A stretch of DNA of 64,000 nt from contig CAVSBT010000015.1 of NCBI GenBank assembly GCA_963726245.1, forward strand, positions 255,793 to 319,792, in the 5' to 3' direction. Position numbers and translations under genes: made by a program. The notes beneath the pieces are model-generated. The model had not been told where the DNA came from and did no database searches. It saw only the letters and a list, made by a program, of their open reading frames with translations. Below are positions 53,202-63,169 of this stretch, one piece after another. The stretch's first letter is position 1. Every line of letters starts with the position of its first letter. The stretch is from an uncultured Chloroflexia bacterium (GTDB taxonomy: Bacteria; Chloroflexota; Dehalococcoidia; DSTF01; JALHUB01).

Positions 53202-53792
53202 ATGGCTGAGTCCATCAAGGTCCAGCTTCCTCTGAAGGACGCCGACCTGGAACGGCTGCGCGCCGGCGACCACGTCCTCCTCTCCGGCGTCATCTACGCG
53301 GCCCGCGACGCCGCCCATCGTCGCATGGTCACTGCCCTGGAGAAGGGCGAGCCCCTGCCCTTCGACGTCCGCGGCCAGGTCATCTACTACGTGGGCCCGA
53401 CGCCGGCCCGACCGGGCCGCGTCATCGGCTCGGCGGGGCCTACCACCTCCATGCGACTCGATAGCTTCACTCCGCCTCTGCTGGAGGCGGGTCTGAAGGG
53501 CATCATCGGCAAGGGAGGCCGCGGGCCCGCCGTCCGCGAGGCGTTGAAGAAGCACGGGGCGGTCTACTTCCTGGCGGTCGGCGGCACCGGCGCGCTGCTC
53601 TCGCTGCGCATCAAGAAAGTGGACGTCATCGCCTACGAAGACCTGGGCACGGAGGCCGTGCGGCGCATGGAGGTCGAGGACTTCCCCGCCGTCGTCGCCA
53701 ACGACATCCAGGGCAACGACCTGCTGGAGATGGGGAAGGCCCAGTACCGGCAGCCGGAGCGCCTGGGCAGCTACGCCGCCCGCGGCGTCTAG
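53202..53792 (+). CDS. Fe-S fumarate hydratase beta subunit
   Basis: ARDAAH, GPTTSMR, IGKG, DLGTEA. Confidence 0.92.
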   Translation: MAESIKVQLPLKDADLERLRAGDHVLLSGVIYAARDAAHRRMVTALEKGEPLPFDVRGQVIYYVGPTPARPGRVIGSAGPTTSMRLDSFTPPLLEAGLKGIIGKGGRGPAVREALKKHGAVYFLAVGGTGALLSLRIKKVDVIAYEDLGTEAVRRMEVEDFPAVVANDIQGNDLLEMGKAQYRQPERLGSYAARGV

Positions 53793-53821
53793 GCCGCACA
53801 GACCCACGCGATCACAACCAC

Positions 53822-53857
53822 GACGAGGGCCAGGCTTAAGCCTGGCCTTCGTTTGTT
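53822..53857 (+). terminator. Intrinsic terminator of the TCA operon
   Basis: ACGAGGGCCAGGCTTAAGCCTGGCCTTCGT followed by TTGTT. Confidence 0.65.
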
Positions 53858-54003
53858 GCAGAACCGCCACGCCCTGCGGCGCCGCCGGAAGCCGGGGCCC
53901 AAGGACGCCTAGACCCCTCGTACAGGGCTGCCCCGAACCGGTATAATTCGCATGGCCGGGCGCCCGCGCGGGGATCGCGGCGGTGCCGGTAGTGTAACGC
54001 ATC

Positions 54004-55292
54004 GTGGAAGCACTCGTAATCGGTATCGTAGCAGGCGTCCTCGCCATCTTGGTGGCGGGTATTGCGGGCTGGGTGTGGCGGCTCCGCCAACCATCGCGCC
54101 TCGAAACGAAAGTTGACCAACTGACACAAGACGTTGAGGGATTGGCACACGAGCTGGAGGAGGTGTTCAACCACTGGCGCGCGGTGCCCAAGGACTCAAC
54201 CGAGAAGCTGGTGGCAGCGGCACCTCCCGACCGCTTCAAGCTGCTGGAGGAGGCCGCCAAGGCGCAGAGGGAGCACAGATACGCCGACGCGGTGGCTCAC
54301 CTGCGAGCGGCGCTGACCCCGGGCCTACCAGCAGGCCAAAGGGCTGCTCTCTTCAACCTCATTGGCAACGGCCTTCTCAACCTCAGCCGCCTCTATGAGG
54401 CCGAAGAAGCATACAAAGGGGTTCTAGCCGCCGCCGACGAGGCTCGCGACCAGCAAGCACGCGCCGCCGCCCTCGGCAACCTGGGCGTCGTGTACCACCA
54501 GCGCGGGGACCTGGAGCAAGCCGAGGAGCATTACAGGCAGGCCCTGGAGATAGACCGCCGCATCGACAACGCCCTTGGCCAGGCCCAGCACCTGGGCAAT
54601 CTGGGCCTCGTCTACGCCGACCGCGGCGACCTGGAGCGGGCGGAGGAGCACCACAAGGAGGCCCTCGAGATAGACCGCCGCATCGATAACCCCCTCGGCC
54701 AGGCCAACCAGCTCGGCAACCTGGGCAACGTCTACGACGCCCGCGGCGACCTGGAGCGGGCCGAGGAGCACCACAAGCAGGCCCTGGAGATAGACCGCCA
54801 CATCGATAACCTCCTCGGCCAGGCGCAGGACCTGGGCAACCTGGGTGACGTCTACCGGCGCCGCGGCGACCTGGAGCGCGCCGAGGGGCACTACAAGCAG
54901 GCCCTGGACATATTCCGCCTCATCGAGAACCCCTTGGGCCAGGCCAGTTCCCTCGGCGACCTGGGCCTCGTCTACGCCGCCCGCGGCGACCTGGAGCGGG
55001 CCGAGGAGCACTGCAAGCAGGCCCTCGAGATCCACCGTCGCATGGGCAATCTTCTCGGCGAGGCCAACCAGCTCGGCAACCTGGGCTTCCTCGCGGCGCA
55101 GCGGGGCCAGCCCAGAGGAGGCGCGACGCCTGCTGACGGAGGCCCTGGCGCTCTACGAGCGCATGGGCGCCGGCGGCGCAGGGGCCGGACAACGTGCGCG
55201 CTGCCCTGCGGCGGCTGGAGGAGGCGGGTGGGGAGGAGAAGCCGCGGCGCCAGCCCCGCAAACGGAAGGATCACGAGCCGCCTGCGGGCTGA
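54004..55292 (+). CDS. Membrane-anchored TPR protein with 40-aa tandem repeats; frameshifts near 3' end
   Basis: N-terminal TM; LGNLGxVYxxRGDLERAEEH repeated about six times. Confidence 0.85.
54460..55110 (+). repeat. 120-nt tandem repeat array encoding the TPR units
   Basis: ccgcggcgacctggagcgggccgaggagcac recurs every 120 nt. Confidence 0.9.
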
Positions 55293-55303
55293 GGGTAGAC
55301 GCT

Positions 55304-55367
55304 CGTAGGGACAGAGCTTCAGCTCTGTCCTGGGCTCGGCGGGCGGAGCTGAAGCTCCGCCCCTACA
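55304..55367. repeat. REPIN-like inverted pair of GTAG REPs
   Basis: GTAGGGACAGAGCTTCAGCTCTGTCC and reverse-strand GTAGGGGCGGAGCTTCAGCTCCGCCC. Confidence 0.8.
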
Positions 55368-55475
55368 TGATCGGGGCTCCGCCCTTCGCGACCCCGTGGC
55401 TAGGCCTCGCCCGATAGCGGCCTCACCCCCACTGCACTACAATAGACCCACCACGAGAACGGAGGTTCGCGCAGG

Positions 55476-56088
55476 ATGGACGTATTCGAGGCCATCGGCA
55501 CGCAGCGCGCCATGCGCCGTCTCAAGCCCGACCCCGTCGCCGACGAGGATCTCTGGACGATCCTGGACGCCGCCATCAAGGCCCCCAGCGGCGGCAACCG
55601 CCAGCCCTGGAACTTCCTCGTCATCCGCGACCCGGAGACCAAGCGCAAGCTCGGAGAGTACTACCTCGACGGCTGGAACAAGATCTACGGCCCCTTCAAG
55701 GAGTTCGCCCTCGCCGACCCGGCCACGGCCCGCACCTTCAACTCGGCCGAGCACCTGGCCAACCACCTGGCCGAGGCGCCGGTGCTCATCATGGCCACCG
55801 TGCAGCGCGACGGCATCGCTCCCGGCTCGCCGGGCGGAGCCTCCGTCTACCCGGCCGTGCAGAACCTGATGCTCGCCGCCCGCGCCATCGGCCTGGGCAC
55901 GACCATCACCACCCTGCACCAGCACCACGAGCAAGAGGTGAAGGAGCTGCTGGGCATCCCGGAGGGCGTCGACACCATGGCCCTCATACCGGTCGGCTGG
56001 CCCAAGGGCCGCTTCGGCCCGACGACCCGCCAGCCGGTCGAGCAGGTCACCTTCTGGGACCGCTGGGGCGAGACAAAGAGAGCGCTGA
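55476..56088 (+). CDS. Nitroreductase family protein
   Basis: [37 protein letters not shown]. Confidence 0.88.
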
Positions 56089-56111
56089 GCGAGGCGACAG
56101 CGTGGTGTGAC

Positions 56112-57475
56112 ATGCCCAGGAAGCATTCGGACCGGACGCCCGACATGTTCGACGAGGCGGCCCGCGAGCGGGTCGAGCGCGAGGCGCCGCTGGCCGCGCG
56201 CATGCGACCCCGCAGCTTCGATGAGTTCGTCGGGCAGGAGCACCTGGTCGGCGAGGGGCGCGTCCTCCGCCGCGTCATCGAGGCCGACCAGCTCCCCTCG
56301 ATCATCCTCTGGGGCCCGCCGGGCAGCGGCAAGACCACCCTCGCCCGCATCGTCGCCGCCCAGACGCAGGCCACTTCGCGCCCGTGTCCGCCGTCACGGC
56401 CGGTGTCGCCGACCTGCGCCGCATCGTCGACGAGGCGCGGGAGCGGCGGGCGCTGCACGGCCAGCGCACCATCCTCTTCATCGACGAGATCCACCGCTTC
56501 AACAAGGCGCAGCAGGACGTCATCCTGCCTTATGTCGAGGAAGGCGTCGTCACCCTCATCGGCGCCACCACCGAGAACCCCTCCTTCGAGGTCATCGGGC
56601 CGCTCCTCTCCCGCTGCCGCGTCTACACCCTGAACGGGCTCACGGCGGAGCAGGTGGAGGCCATCGTCCGCCGCGCCCTGGCCGACAAGGAGCGCGGCCT
56701 GGGTGCCCGCAGCCTGACGGTCGACGACGACGTGGCGCCGGGGCTGGCCTCCGCCTCGGGCGGCGATGCCCGCGTCGCCCTCAACGCCCTCGAGCTGGCC
56801 GCCGCCGCTGCCGAGGCCCAGGGCGACCGCCGCGTGACGCTGTCGACGGTGGAGGAGGCCCTCCAGCACCGCACCTACCTCTACGACCGCGCCGGCGACT
56901 CCCACTACGACACCATCTCCGCCTTCATCAAGTCGCTGCGCGGCTCCGACCCGGACGCCGCCCTCTACTGGCTGGCGCGCATGATCGAGGCCGGCGAGGA
57001 CCCGCTGTTCATCGTGCGGCGCATGGTCATCCTCGCCGCCGAGGACGTGGGCCTGGCCGACCCTCAGGCGCTGGTCGTGGCCACCGCCTGCCAGCAGGCC
57101 GTCCACTTCGTCGGCATGCCGGAGGGCTACCTGCCCATGGCCGAGTGCGCCATCTACCTGGCGACGGCGCCCAAGAGCAACAGCGCCCTCACCGGCTACG
57201 GCCGCGCCCTCGCCGACGCCCGCGAGACCCGCAACGACCCCGTGCCGCTGCACCTGCGCAACCCCGTGACCGGCCTCATGCGCGACCTGGGCTACGGCAA
57301 GGACTACAAGTACGCCCACGGCTACGACGAACATTATGTCGAGCAGCAGTTCCTCCCCGACCGGCTGGCGGGGCGTCGCTACTACCGGCCCGGCGACCTC
57401 GGCTGGGAGAAGCGCATCAAGGAGTGGCTGGAGCGCCTGCGCAAGGGGAAGACCGAGGCCGACGCGGACGTGTAG
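56112..57475 (+). CDS. rarA: Replication-associated recombination protein A (MgsA); frameshift near 56372
   Basis: [48 protein letters not shown]. Confidence 0.93.
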
Positions 57476-57539
57476 GGGCGGTTCGGGAACCGCCCCTGCG
57501 GAGGGTGGACGTCGTAGGGGCCGACGCGAGGTCGGCCCT
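57472..57539. repeat. Two GTAG-type REP hairpins
   Basis: GTAGGGGCGGTTCGGGAACCGCCCCT and GTAGGGGCCGACGCGAGGTCGGCCCT. Confidence 0.75.
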
Positions 57540-57664
57540 GGGCGGGGGCAAGACGGTCTGCTGGACGGGAACTGGCGAGCAATCGGTTCGCCCGTGTCTC
57601 CTCTAGGGCGCCACCACATCCTGTTTGCCGTGTGAATTGGTTGAAAAGAATTTCTCGCACCGTC

Positions 57665-57693
57665 TTGACACGGAACGGGAGGGCATGTACGAT
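57665..57693 (+). promoter_or_regulatory. Sigma70-type promoter of the TIR gene
   Basis: TTGACA-17 nt-TACGAT. Confidence 0.65.
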
Positions 57694-57724
57694 GATGCCG
57701 CATTACGTGAAGGAGAGGCATACG

Positions 57725-58789
57725 ATGGCAGAGAAGCGCAGGTACGTGGTCCGCCCTTTCCCGCCGCACACGTTGGAGCAGGCGCTCGCAGTACCACAGA
57801 CAATTCAGGACAAAAAGAACGGCCTTCCGATGAACCGCATTCTGCTGGCCAGCGCTCTTGGTCGGAAACCGGCCAGCAGCCAGTACAAGCTGCTCTTGAG
57901 TTCCTCCCTCAAGTACGGGCTGACCACGGGCACCGAGAAGTCGGAGACTATCGGCCTCACCAGCCTTGGGGTTTCGGCGGTCAAGCCCCGCGATCCAGGG
58001 GAGCGGAACAAAGCCCTCAGGACCGCTGCGCTGCAGCCGGAGCTGCTTCGGCGCATCTATGAGGACTACAACAACGGAAAGCTTCCACAGGGGGACTTCT
58101 TTCTGAATATCTTGGAGCGCGACTTCCATGTGCCGCACGACCGGTGTGGGGAATGCGCCGAGCTTCTCGTCAAGAACGGCCTACTTGTGGGGATTGTCCA
58201 GGAACTGCAGGGGACCCTGTACGTGCTGTTGGAAGCTGAGGGAACGGCTCCCGCTGTGGAAGGCGATTTGGCGGCATCACCTGGAGAGACCCTCGAAGAT
58301 GCCACCCGTGTGCCCGCGGCTCCCGTGGCACCCCAGACTCCGCCAGCTGGAGAGCGTTACATCTTCATTGCGCACGGCAAGAACCGGAAGCCGCTTGAAC
58401 AGCTAGAGAAAGTGCTGAAGAAGTTCGGAGTTCCCTACAAGGTGGCTGTGGACGAGCCGCAACTGGCGCAGCCGATCTCCATGAAGGTGGCGCAGACCAT
58501 GCGAGAATGCAGCTCGGCCATTCTGATATTCACGGCCGATGAGGAGTTTACAACACCGGACGCTCAGACCATCTGGCGGCCCAGTCAGAACGTGATATAT
58601 GAGCTTGGCGCCGCCTCAGTGCTCTACGACAATCGAATCGTCATCTTCAAAGAAGAGGGGCTAGACTTCCCGACGGATTTCCATGACATAGGGAACATTC
58701 CCTTTGAGAAAGACAGGTTGGACGCCAAAGGGGTTGACCTCATCCAAGAGCTGATCGCCCTCAAACTGATCAAGCTTCAACCTGCCTGA
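57725..58789 (+). CDS. wHTH-like domain fused to a TIR-like domain (CAP12/Pycsar-type nucleotide-binding TIR)
   Basis: IFIAHGKN, AILIFTADE, RPSQNVIYELG, FPTDFHDI. Confidence 0.82.
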   Translation: MAEKRRYVVRPFPPHTLEQALAVPQTIQDKKNGLPMNRILLASALGRKPASSQYKLLLSSSLKYGLTTGTEKSETIGLTSLGVSAVKPRDPGERNKALRTAALQPELLRRIYEDYNNGKLPQGDFFLNILERDFHVPHDRCGECAELLVKNGLLVGIVQELQGTLYVLLEAEGTAPAVEGDLAASPGETLEDATRVPAAPVAPQTPPAGERYIFIAHGKNRKPLEQLEKVLKKFGVPYKVAVDEPQLAQPISMKVAQTMRECSSAILIFTADEEFTTPDAQTIWRPSQNVIYELGAASVLYDNRIVIFKEEGLDFPTDFHDIGNIPFEKDRLDAKGVDLIQELIALKLIKLQPA

Positions 58790-58828
58790 CACGCATGCTT
58801 CCCTGGCCCAAGGTGCTACAATCCCCCC

Positions 58829-60048
58829 GTGATTCCCCTCATCCGCGCCGCGCGGCCCGCCGACATGCCCGCCGCCTACGAACTGCTGTCTCTCTGCTTC
58901 CCCGACGCCCGCCCTGACCTCTTCCGCCGCCAGACGGAGCACGACTCGACCTTCCGCCGGCGCCACGCCCGCGTCGTCGAGGTCGACGGCGCCGTGGTGG
59001 GGTACCTGCGCATCTTCGACCGCCGGGTGTGGGTGCGCGGCGCCCGACTGCGCGCCGCTGGCATCGGCTCGGTCGCCACCCACCCCGACTACCGGCGTCG
59101 CGGCCTGGCCACCGCCCTCGTGCGCGACACCCTGGCCCTCCTCCGCCACGACGGCCACCACCTCTCGTTCCTCGGCGCCGAGATCGCGGCCCCCTTCTAC
59201 GAGAGGCTGGGCTGGCGCATCGTCCGACAGCCGTCGCACAGCGCGCCGGCGGCGGAGGCGGCCGCGCCTGCCGGAGCGGCCCGGGCTCACCGTGCGGCCC
59301 TTCGAGCCCTCGGACCTGGCGGCGGTGGCGCGCATCCACGCCCGCGCCACCCGCGGTCGCACCGGCGCCGTCGTCCGCAGCCTCCGCTACTGGTCCGACC
59401 ACCTCTCGTGGATAGACGACGACGCGGGCGGCTTCCTGGTGGCGATGGACGGCCGGCGCGGCATCGCCGCCTTCGTGCGCAGCCGCAGCGAACGGTCGGC
59501 GAGCACGCTCGTCGTGCTGGACGCCCACTGTCGCGCCGGCGCCGAGGCGTGCATGCCGCCCCTGCTCGGCGCCCTGGGCCGCTACGCCGTGAGCCAGGGG
59601 CTGAAGGGCATCCAGGCCTCGCTGCCCGAGGGGCACCCCCTCGCGCGACGCCTTCGCCCGGCTGCCCTCGGCGGGCGTGACGACGGAGGTGCGCTTCCCC
59701 CTCATGATGCGGGTGGTGGACCTGCCCGGCCTGCTGCAGCGCCTCGCGCCGGTCCTCAACGAGCGACCGGGTGCGGCGAACGCCCCGTTGGTCTCCCTGG
59801 CCTTCGAGGAGGACGGCGGGCGGACGTACCTGCGCGTCGGCCCGGAGGGCGTGCGCGTTGCCGAGCGGCCCGCCGGCGAGGTGGCGTCGATAACGCCGGG
59901 GGAGGCGGTGACGCTGCTCCTGGGCCAGAAGGGCGTTCGAGAGCTACTGGCCCCCGGCGCCGAGCCGCCGTCGGAGGGGGCGCTCTCGGTGCTGGAGCAG
60001 ATCTTGCCGCTTCAGACCCTCCACTTCTGCACCGCCGACCGCATCTAG
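58829..60048 (+). CDS. Eis-like tandem GNAT acetyltransferase; two frameshifts
   Basis: GIGSVATHPDYRRRGLA, FYERLGW, MMRVVDLP. Confidence 0.8.
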
Positions 60049-60130
60049 AGAGGGCGGGGCTCGAGCAGACGCCACCGACGGCGATTAGACAAGAGAGCGG
60101 GGCGTGCCTATAATTAGCTTCGCCGCCCGG

Positions 60131-60215
60131 GCCGAGGTGGTGGAATTGGCAGACACGCGGTCTTGAGGGGGCCGTGCCTTCGGGCGTAGGGGTTCAAATC
60201 CCCTCCTCGGCACCA
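60131..60215 (+). tRNA. tRNA-Leu (GAG)
   Basis: GCCGAGGTGGTGGAATTGGCAGACAC..GAG..long variable arm..GGTTCAAATCC..CCA. Confidence 0.96.
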
Positions 60216-60272
60216 AAGGCGAAGACAGCGGACATCCTGGCGGCCCGCCTCGGTCGCCGGGCCCTCGATAGA

Positions 60273-60347
<75 letters not shown>

Positions 60348-60357
60348 GCCGACAATT

Positions 60358-60410
60358 AGGCGCACGGCTTCGAGCCCAGAATCCGGGCAGACTCGAGCCG
60401 TGCGCCTTTA
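60358..60410 (+). terminator. Hairpin after the tRNA pair
   Basis: AGGCGCACGGCT...AGCCGTGCGCCTTT. Confidence 0.6.
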
Positions 60411-60564
60411 CCATTCATAGTCGGCGCCACCAGATTCCCTAGCTTCTCAATTCCCCCTGCTTCATCCGGCGCTCCGTTGGACCCACTGGTCCGTGCAACC
60501 GCCGGCAAGGTTCAAGATTCCGGCGAAACTGCCGACTCTATGATCGAACAACTGAATAAGGTGC

Positions 60565-60653
60565 GCCGACAAAGGCAAACCACCCGAGAGGGTGGGGCGC
60601 AAAGCTACGGGCCCTTAACTTCCTGTTGGAAGAGGGCGGCCGGGCTGCCGAAA
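60565..60653 (+). ncRNA. Cyclic-di-GMP-I (GEMM) riboswitch
   Basis: AAAGGCAAACC-stem-GAGA-stem-GGGGCGCAAAGC..GGGCC..GGCCGGGCTGCCGAA matches the GEMM-I consensus. Confidence 0.88.
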
Positions 60654-60763
60654 GCACTCCCGAGGGCGGCCCCTTGATTGGGGTCGCAGGAATGGAGCGG
60701 CGCTCTCGCACCCGAGGCCTGGATTTGAAAACCAGCGAGAGCCCGCCTTGGGGATGTGTAGCT

Positions 60764-61636
60764 ATGGGAGAAGAACGGCAGCCGACCGCCCCTTTTGATC
60801 CATCTCCAGATCAGTTGATCCCACCCGGCGATACCTGGCAGTCCTATCTTCCGAAATCAGACCGTTTCACGTGGGGCATTCGGACCGTGGGCCTGCTGGT
60901 GCTCGTCGCTACGGTCGCTTGGACCCTCGTGGGCGACCATTTCGTGCCTCCTGAGAGGCAGAAGGCCATTGAAGTGGGCGCCATCCTGATGGCTGCTTCC
61001 AGCGCCATCTTCATCGCCGCCTACACCCAGCGGCACAACGTCGCCATGGAGCGCGCCTACTCCAGCCACCTGGAGTCCCTCAGCCGCCATCTCCGCTACC
61101 TGGCCTATCGAGACTTCCTCACCGGGCTGTACAATCACCGCTACTTCCAGGAAGAGCTGGCCCACGAGGTGGAGAGAGCGCAGCGCTATGGACACCACCT
61201 CTCCGTCTTGATGCTGGACGTGGACCGCTTCAAGCAGGTCAACGATACCTATGGCCACCTGATGGGCGATACCCTGCTCAGTTACCTGGCGAAGCTGATC
61301 AGCGCCAAGGTGCGCACGTGCGACGTGGCGGCGCGGTACGGAGGCGACGAGTTCGCCGTTATCCTGCCCGAGACCGAGCAGGAGAAAGCGATCGCTGTGG
61401 CGGAGAAGCTCAAGAGAGCCGTCTCCGCCGACCGTCACTGGCAGGGGGCTCTCCTGGGTAATCTGGGGGCCGGCATCTGCTTCGGCGTCGCGTCGTTCCC
61501 CGATGACGGACGGACGGCCGACGACCTGCTGACCTGCGCCGACCGGCGTCTCTACGGCGCCAAGCGCCGCCGTCCCCGCGCCAACCACCAGTCCGAAAAG
61601 CTGATTTCCCCTCTCGGTGAGCTGCGCGTCGGGTGA
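60764..61636 (+). CDS. Membrane-bound diguanylate cyclase
   Basis: Two TM helices; DFLTGLYN, DVDRFKQVND, RTCD I-site, RYGGDEF. Confidence 0.92.
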   Translation: MGEERQPTAPFDPSPDQLIPPGDTWQSYLPKSDRFTWGIRTVGLLVLVATVAWTLVGDHFVPPERQKAIEVGAILMAASSAIFIAAYTQRHNVAMERAYSSHLESLSRHLRYLAYRDFLTGLYNHRYFQEELAHEVERAQRYGHHLSVLMLDVDRFKQVNDTYGHLMGDTLLSYLAKLISAKVRTCDVAARYGGDEFAVILPETEQEKAIAVAEKLKRAVSADRHWQGALLGNLGAGICFGVASFPDDGRTADDLLTCADRRLYGAKRRRPRANHQSEKLISPLGELRVG

Positions 61637-61797
61637 GGTTATGTAAACACACGCTGCCCCGCCTGCGGCCATCGTGCCCTGGTGACGTGGGGACCTGGCG
61701 TGTTGTCCGCCTGGCATGCAGATGCTAGACTGATAGCCAGTCGGCCGGGTGCCTCGTCACTCGGCTGCGGGTACGAATCGCCGGGGAGCCCACAACA

Positions 61798-63126
61798 ATG
61801 CTGAGAACCGCCCGCTGGATAGTGCTGACCCTTCTCGCGGCGGCGATCATCGCACTGGCCTTCAGCGTTGGCTTCGTAGTCAACGAAACGAACGGCGGCG
61901 GCTCTGAGTCCTCCGGGCCGGCACAGACCGGTCTCTCCTCGAACCAGAAGGTCGACTTCAAGACCCTCAACCAGATCCTGGACATACTGACCAAGGAGTA
62001 CGTCGACCCTAGTCGACTCGATGACCGGACCCTCTACGAGGCGGCCATCAACGGCCTCCTGAAGTCGCTGTCGGACCACGGCACCTTCTACGTGGACCCA
62101 GACACCTATCGCATCAGCGTCATCCCCTCCTCGGGGACGTTCGAGGGCATTGGGGCGACGGTCTCGCAGCGAGGGAGCGACATAGTGATCGTTGCCCCCA
62201 TCAAGGGCACTCCGGCCGAGGCGGCCGGCATCCGCGCTGGCGACGTCATCGTGGCGGTGGAAGGCGAGTCGACGCAGGGCTGGACCGTTGATCAGGCCGT
62301 CCTCAAGATCCGAGGACCCGCCGGCACTCCGGTGACACTAACCATCAGACACCCGGATCAAAACACCACTGAGGATATCACCATCACTCGCGACGAGATC
62401 CGGGTGGAAAGCGTCACCACCACGCCGCCTGGGGGCACGCTTCAGGACAGCGCCGGCAACGCCGTCACGGACCTCGCTTACGTGCGCATCAGCGAGTTCA
62501 CCGGCCTCACTGAGGAAGAACTGAGCCCGGTGCTGAAGGACATATCGAACGGCGCCTACAAGGGCCTCATCCTCGACCTGCGTGGCAACCCTGGCGGCCT
62601 CCTCGATACCGTGGTCGGCGTGGCAGACATGTTCCTCGCCCACGGTATCATCCTCGTGGAGGTGAGCAGGAGCGGCGACGAGCGCGTCTTCAACGCCAGT
62701 AGTGGCGGCGAGGCTGTAGACATACCGCTGACGATCCTGGTGGACCAGTTCAGCGCCAGCGGCTCCGAGGTGCTCTCGGCGGCCGTCGAAGAGAACGGCC
62801 GTGGCGTCATCTTAGGCCAGAAGACCTTCGGCAAAGGCACCGTCAACATCGCACGGCCTCTCAGCGACGGAGGCGCCCTCTTTGTCAGCATCGCCCGCTG
62901 GCTCACCCCGGACCGGAACCAGATCGACGGCGTGGGCATCCAACCCAACATCGAGGTGGCTCAGAGCGACGCGGACACCAACCTGCACCGCGACACGCAG
63001 CTCCTGCGGGCCATCGACTATCTGCGCTCCGAGCCCGGGGCCCCGCTGCCCACACCGGCCAGCACCCCGGAGGCCACACCAGCCGGCACTCCCGAGCCCA
63101 CACCGGTCGGCACCGCCGTGCCCTAG
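61798..63126 (+). CDS. C-terminal processing peptidase (S41, PDZ)
   Basis: FEGIGA, DLRGNPGG, SASGSE, TFGKG, GIQPN. Confidence 0.92.
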   Translation: MLRTARWIVLTLLAAAIIALAFSVGFVVNETNGGGSESSGPAQTGLSSNQKVDFKTLNQILDILTKEYVDPSRLDDRTLYEAAINGLLKSLSDHGTFYVDPDTYRISVIPSSGTFEGIGATVSQRGSDIVIVAPIKGTPAEAAGIRAGDVIVAVEGESTQGWTVDQAVLKIRGPAGTPVTLTIRHPDQNTTEDITITRDEIRVESVTTTPPGGTLQDSAGNAVTDLAYVRISEFTGLTEEELSPVLKDISNGAYKGLILDLRGNPGGLLDTVVGVADMFLAHGIILVEVSRSGDERVFNASSGGEAVDIPLTILVDQFSASGSEVLSAAVEENGRGVILGQKTFGKGTVNIARPLSDGGALFVSIARWLTPDRNQIDGVGIQPNIEVAQSDADTNLHRDTQLLRAIDYLRSEPGAPLPTPASTPEATPAGTPEPTPVGTAVP

Positions 63127-63169
63127 GCGGCCATTCCTGTCTCAACCGCTCTTCTCGTGTGATTCTGCC

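Noticed and set aside
54460-55110. Possible CRISPR array or DGR template/variable repeat
   Set aside because: Repeats are in-frame 120-nt coding units without unique spacers; no cas or reverse transcriptase gene; differences are not adenine-specific
55476-56633. Apparent nitroreductase-RarA fusion
   Set aside because: A single indel near 56075-56085 restores a TGA at the expected nitroreductase end, and rarA has its own ATG at 56112
1174-60048. More than 20 frameshifts read as pseudogenes or programmed frameshifting
   Set aside because: They hit essential genes (leuS, lysS), show no shared slippery motif and come without in-frame stops, which fits long-read indel errors
61634-61805. Open frame after the GGDEF TGA encoding CPACG (readthrough or zinc-ribbon ORF)
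   Set aside because: No start codon or RBS, no convincing SECIS, and no well-spaced second Cys pair
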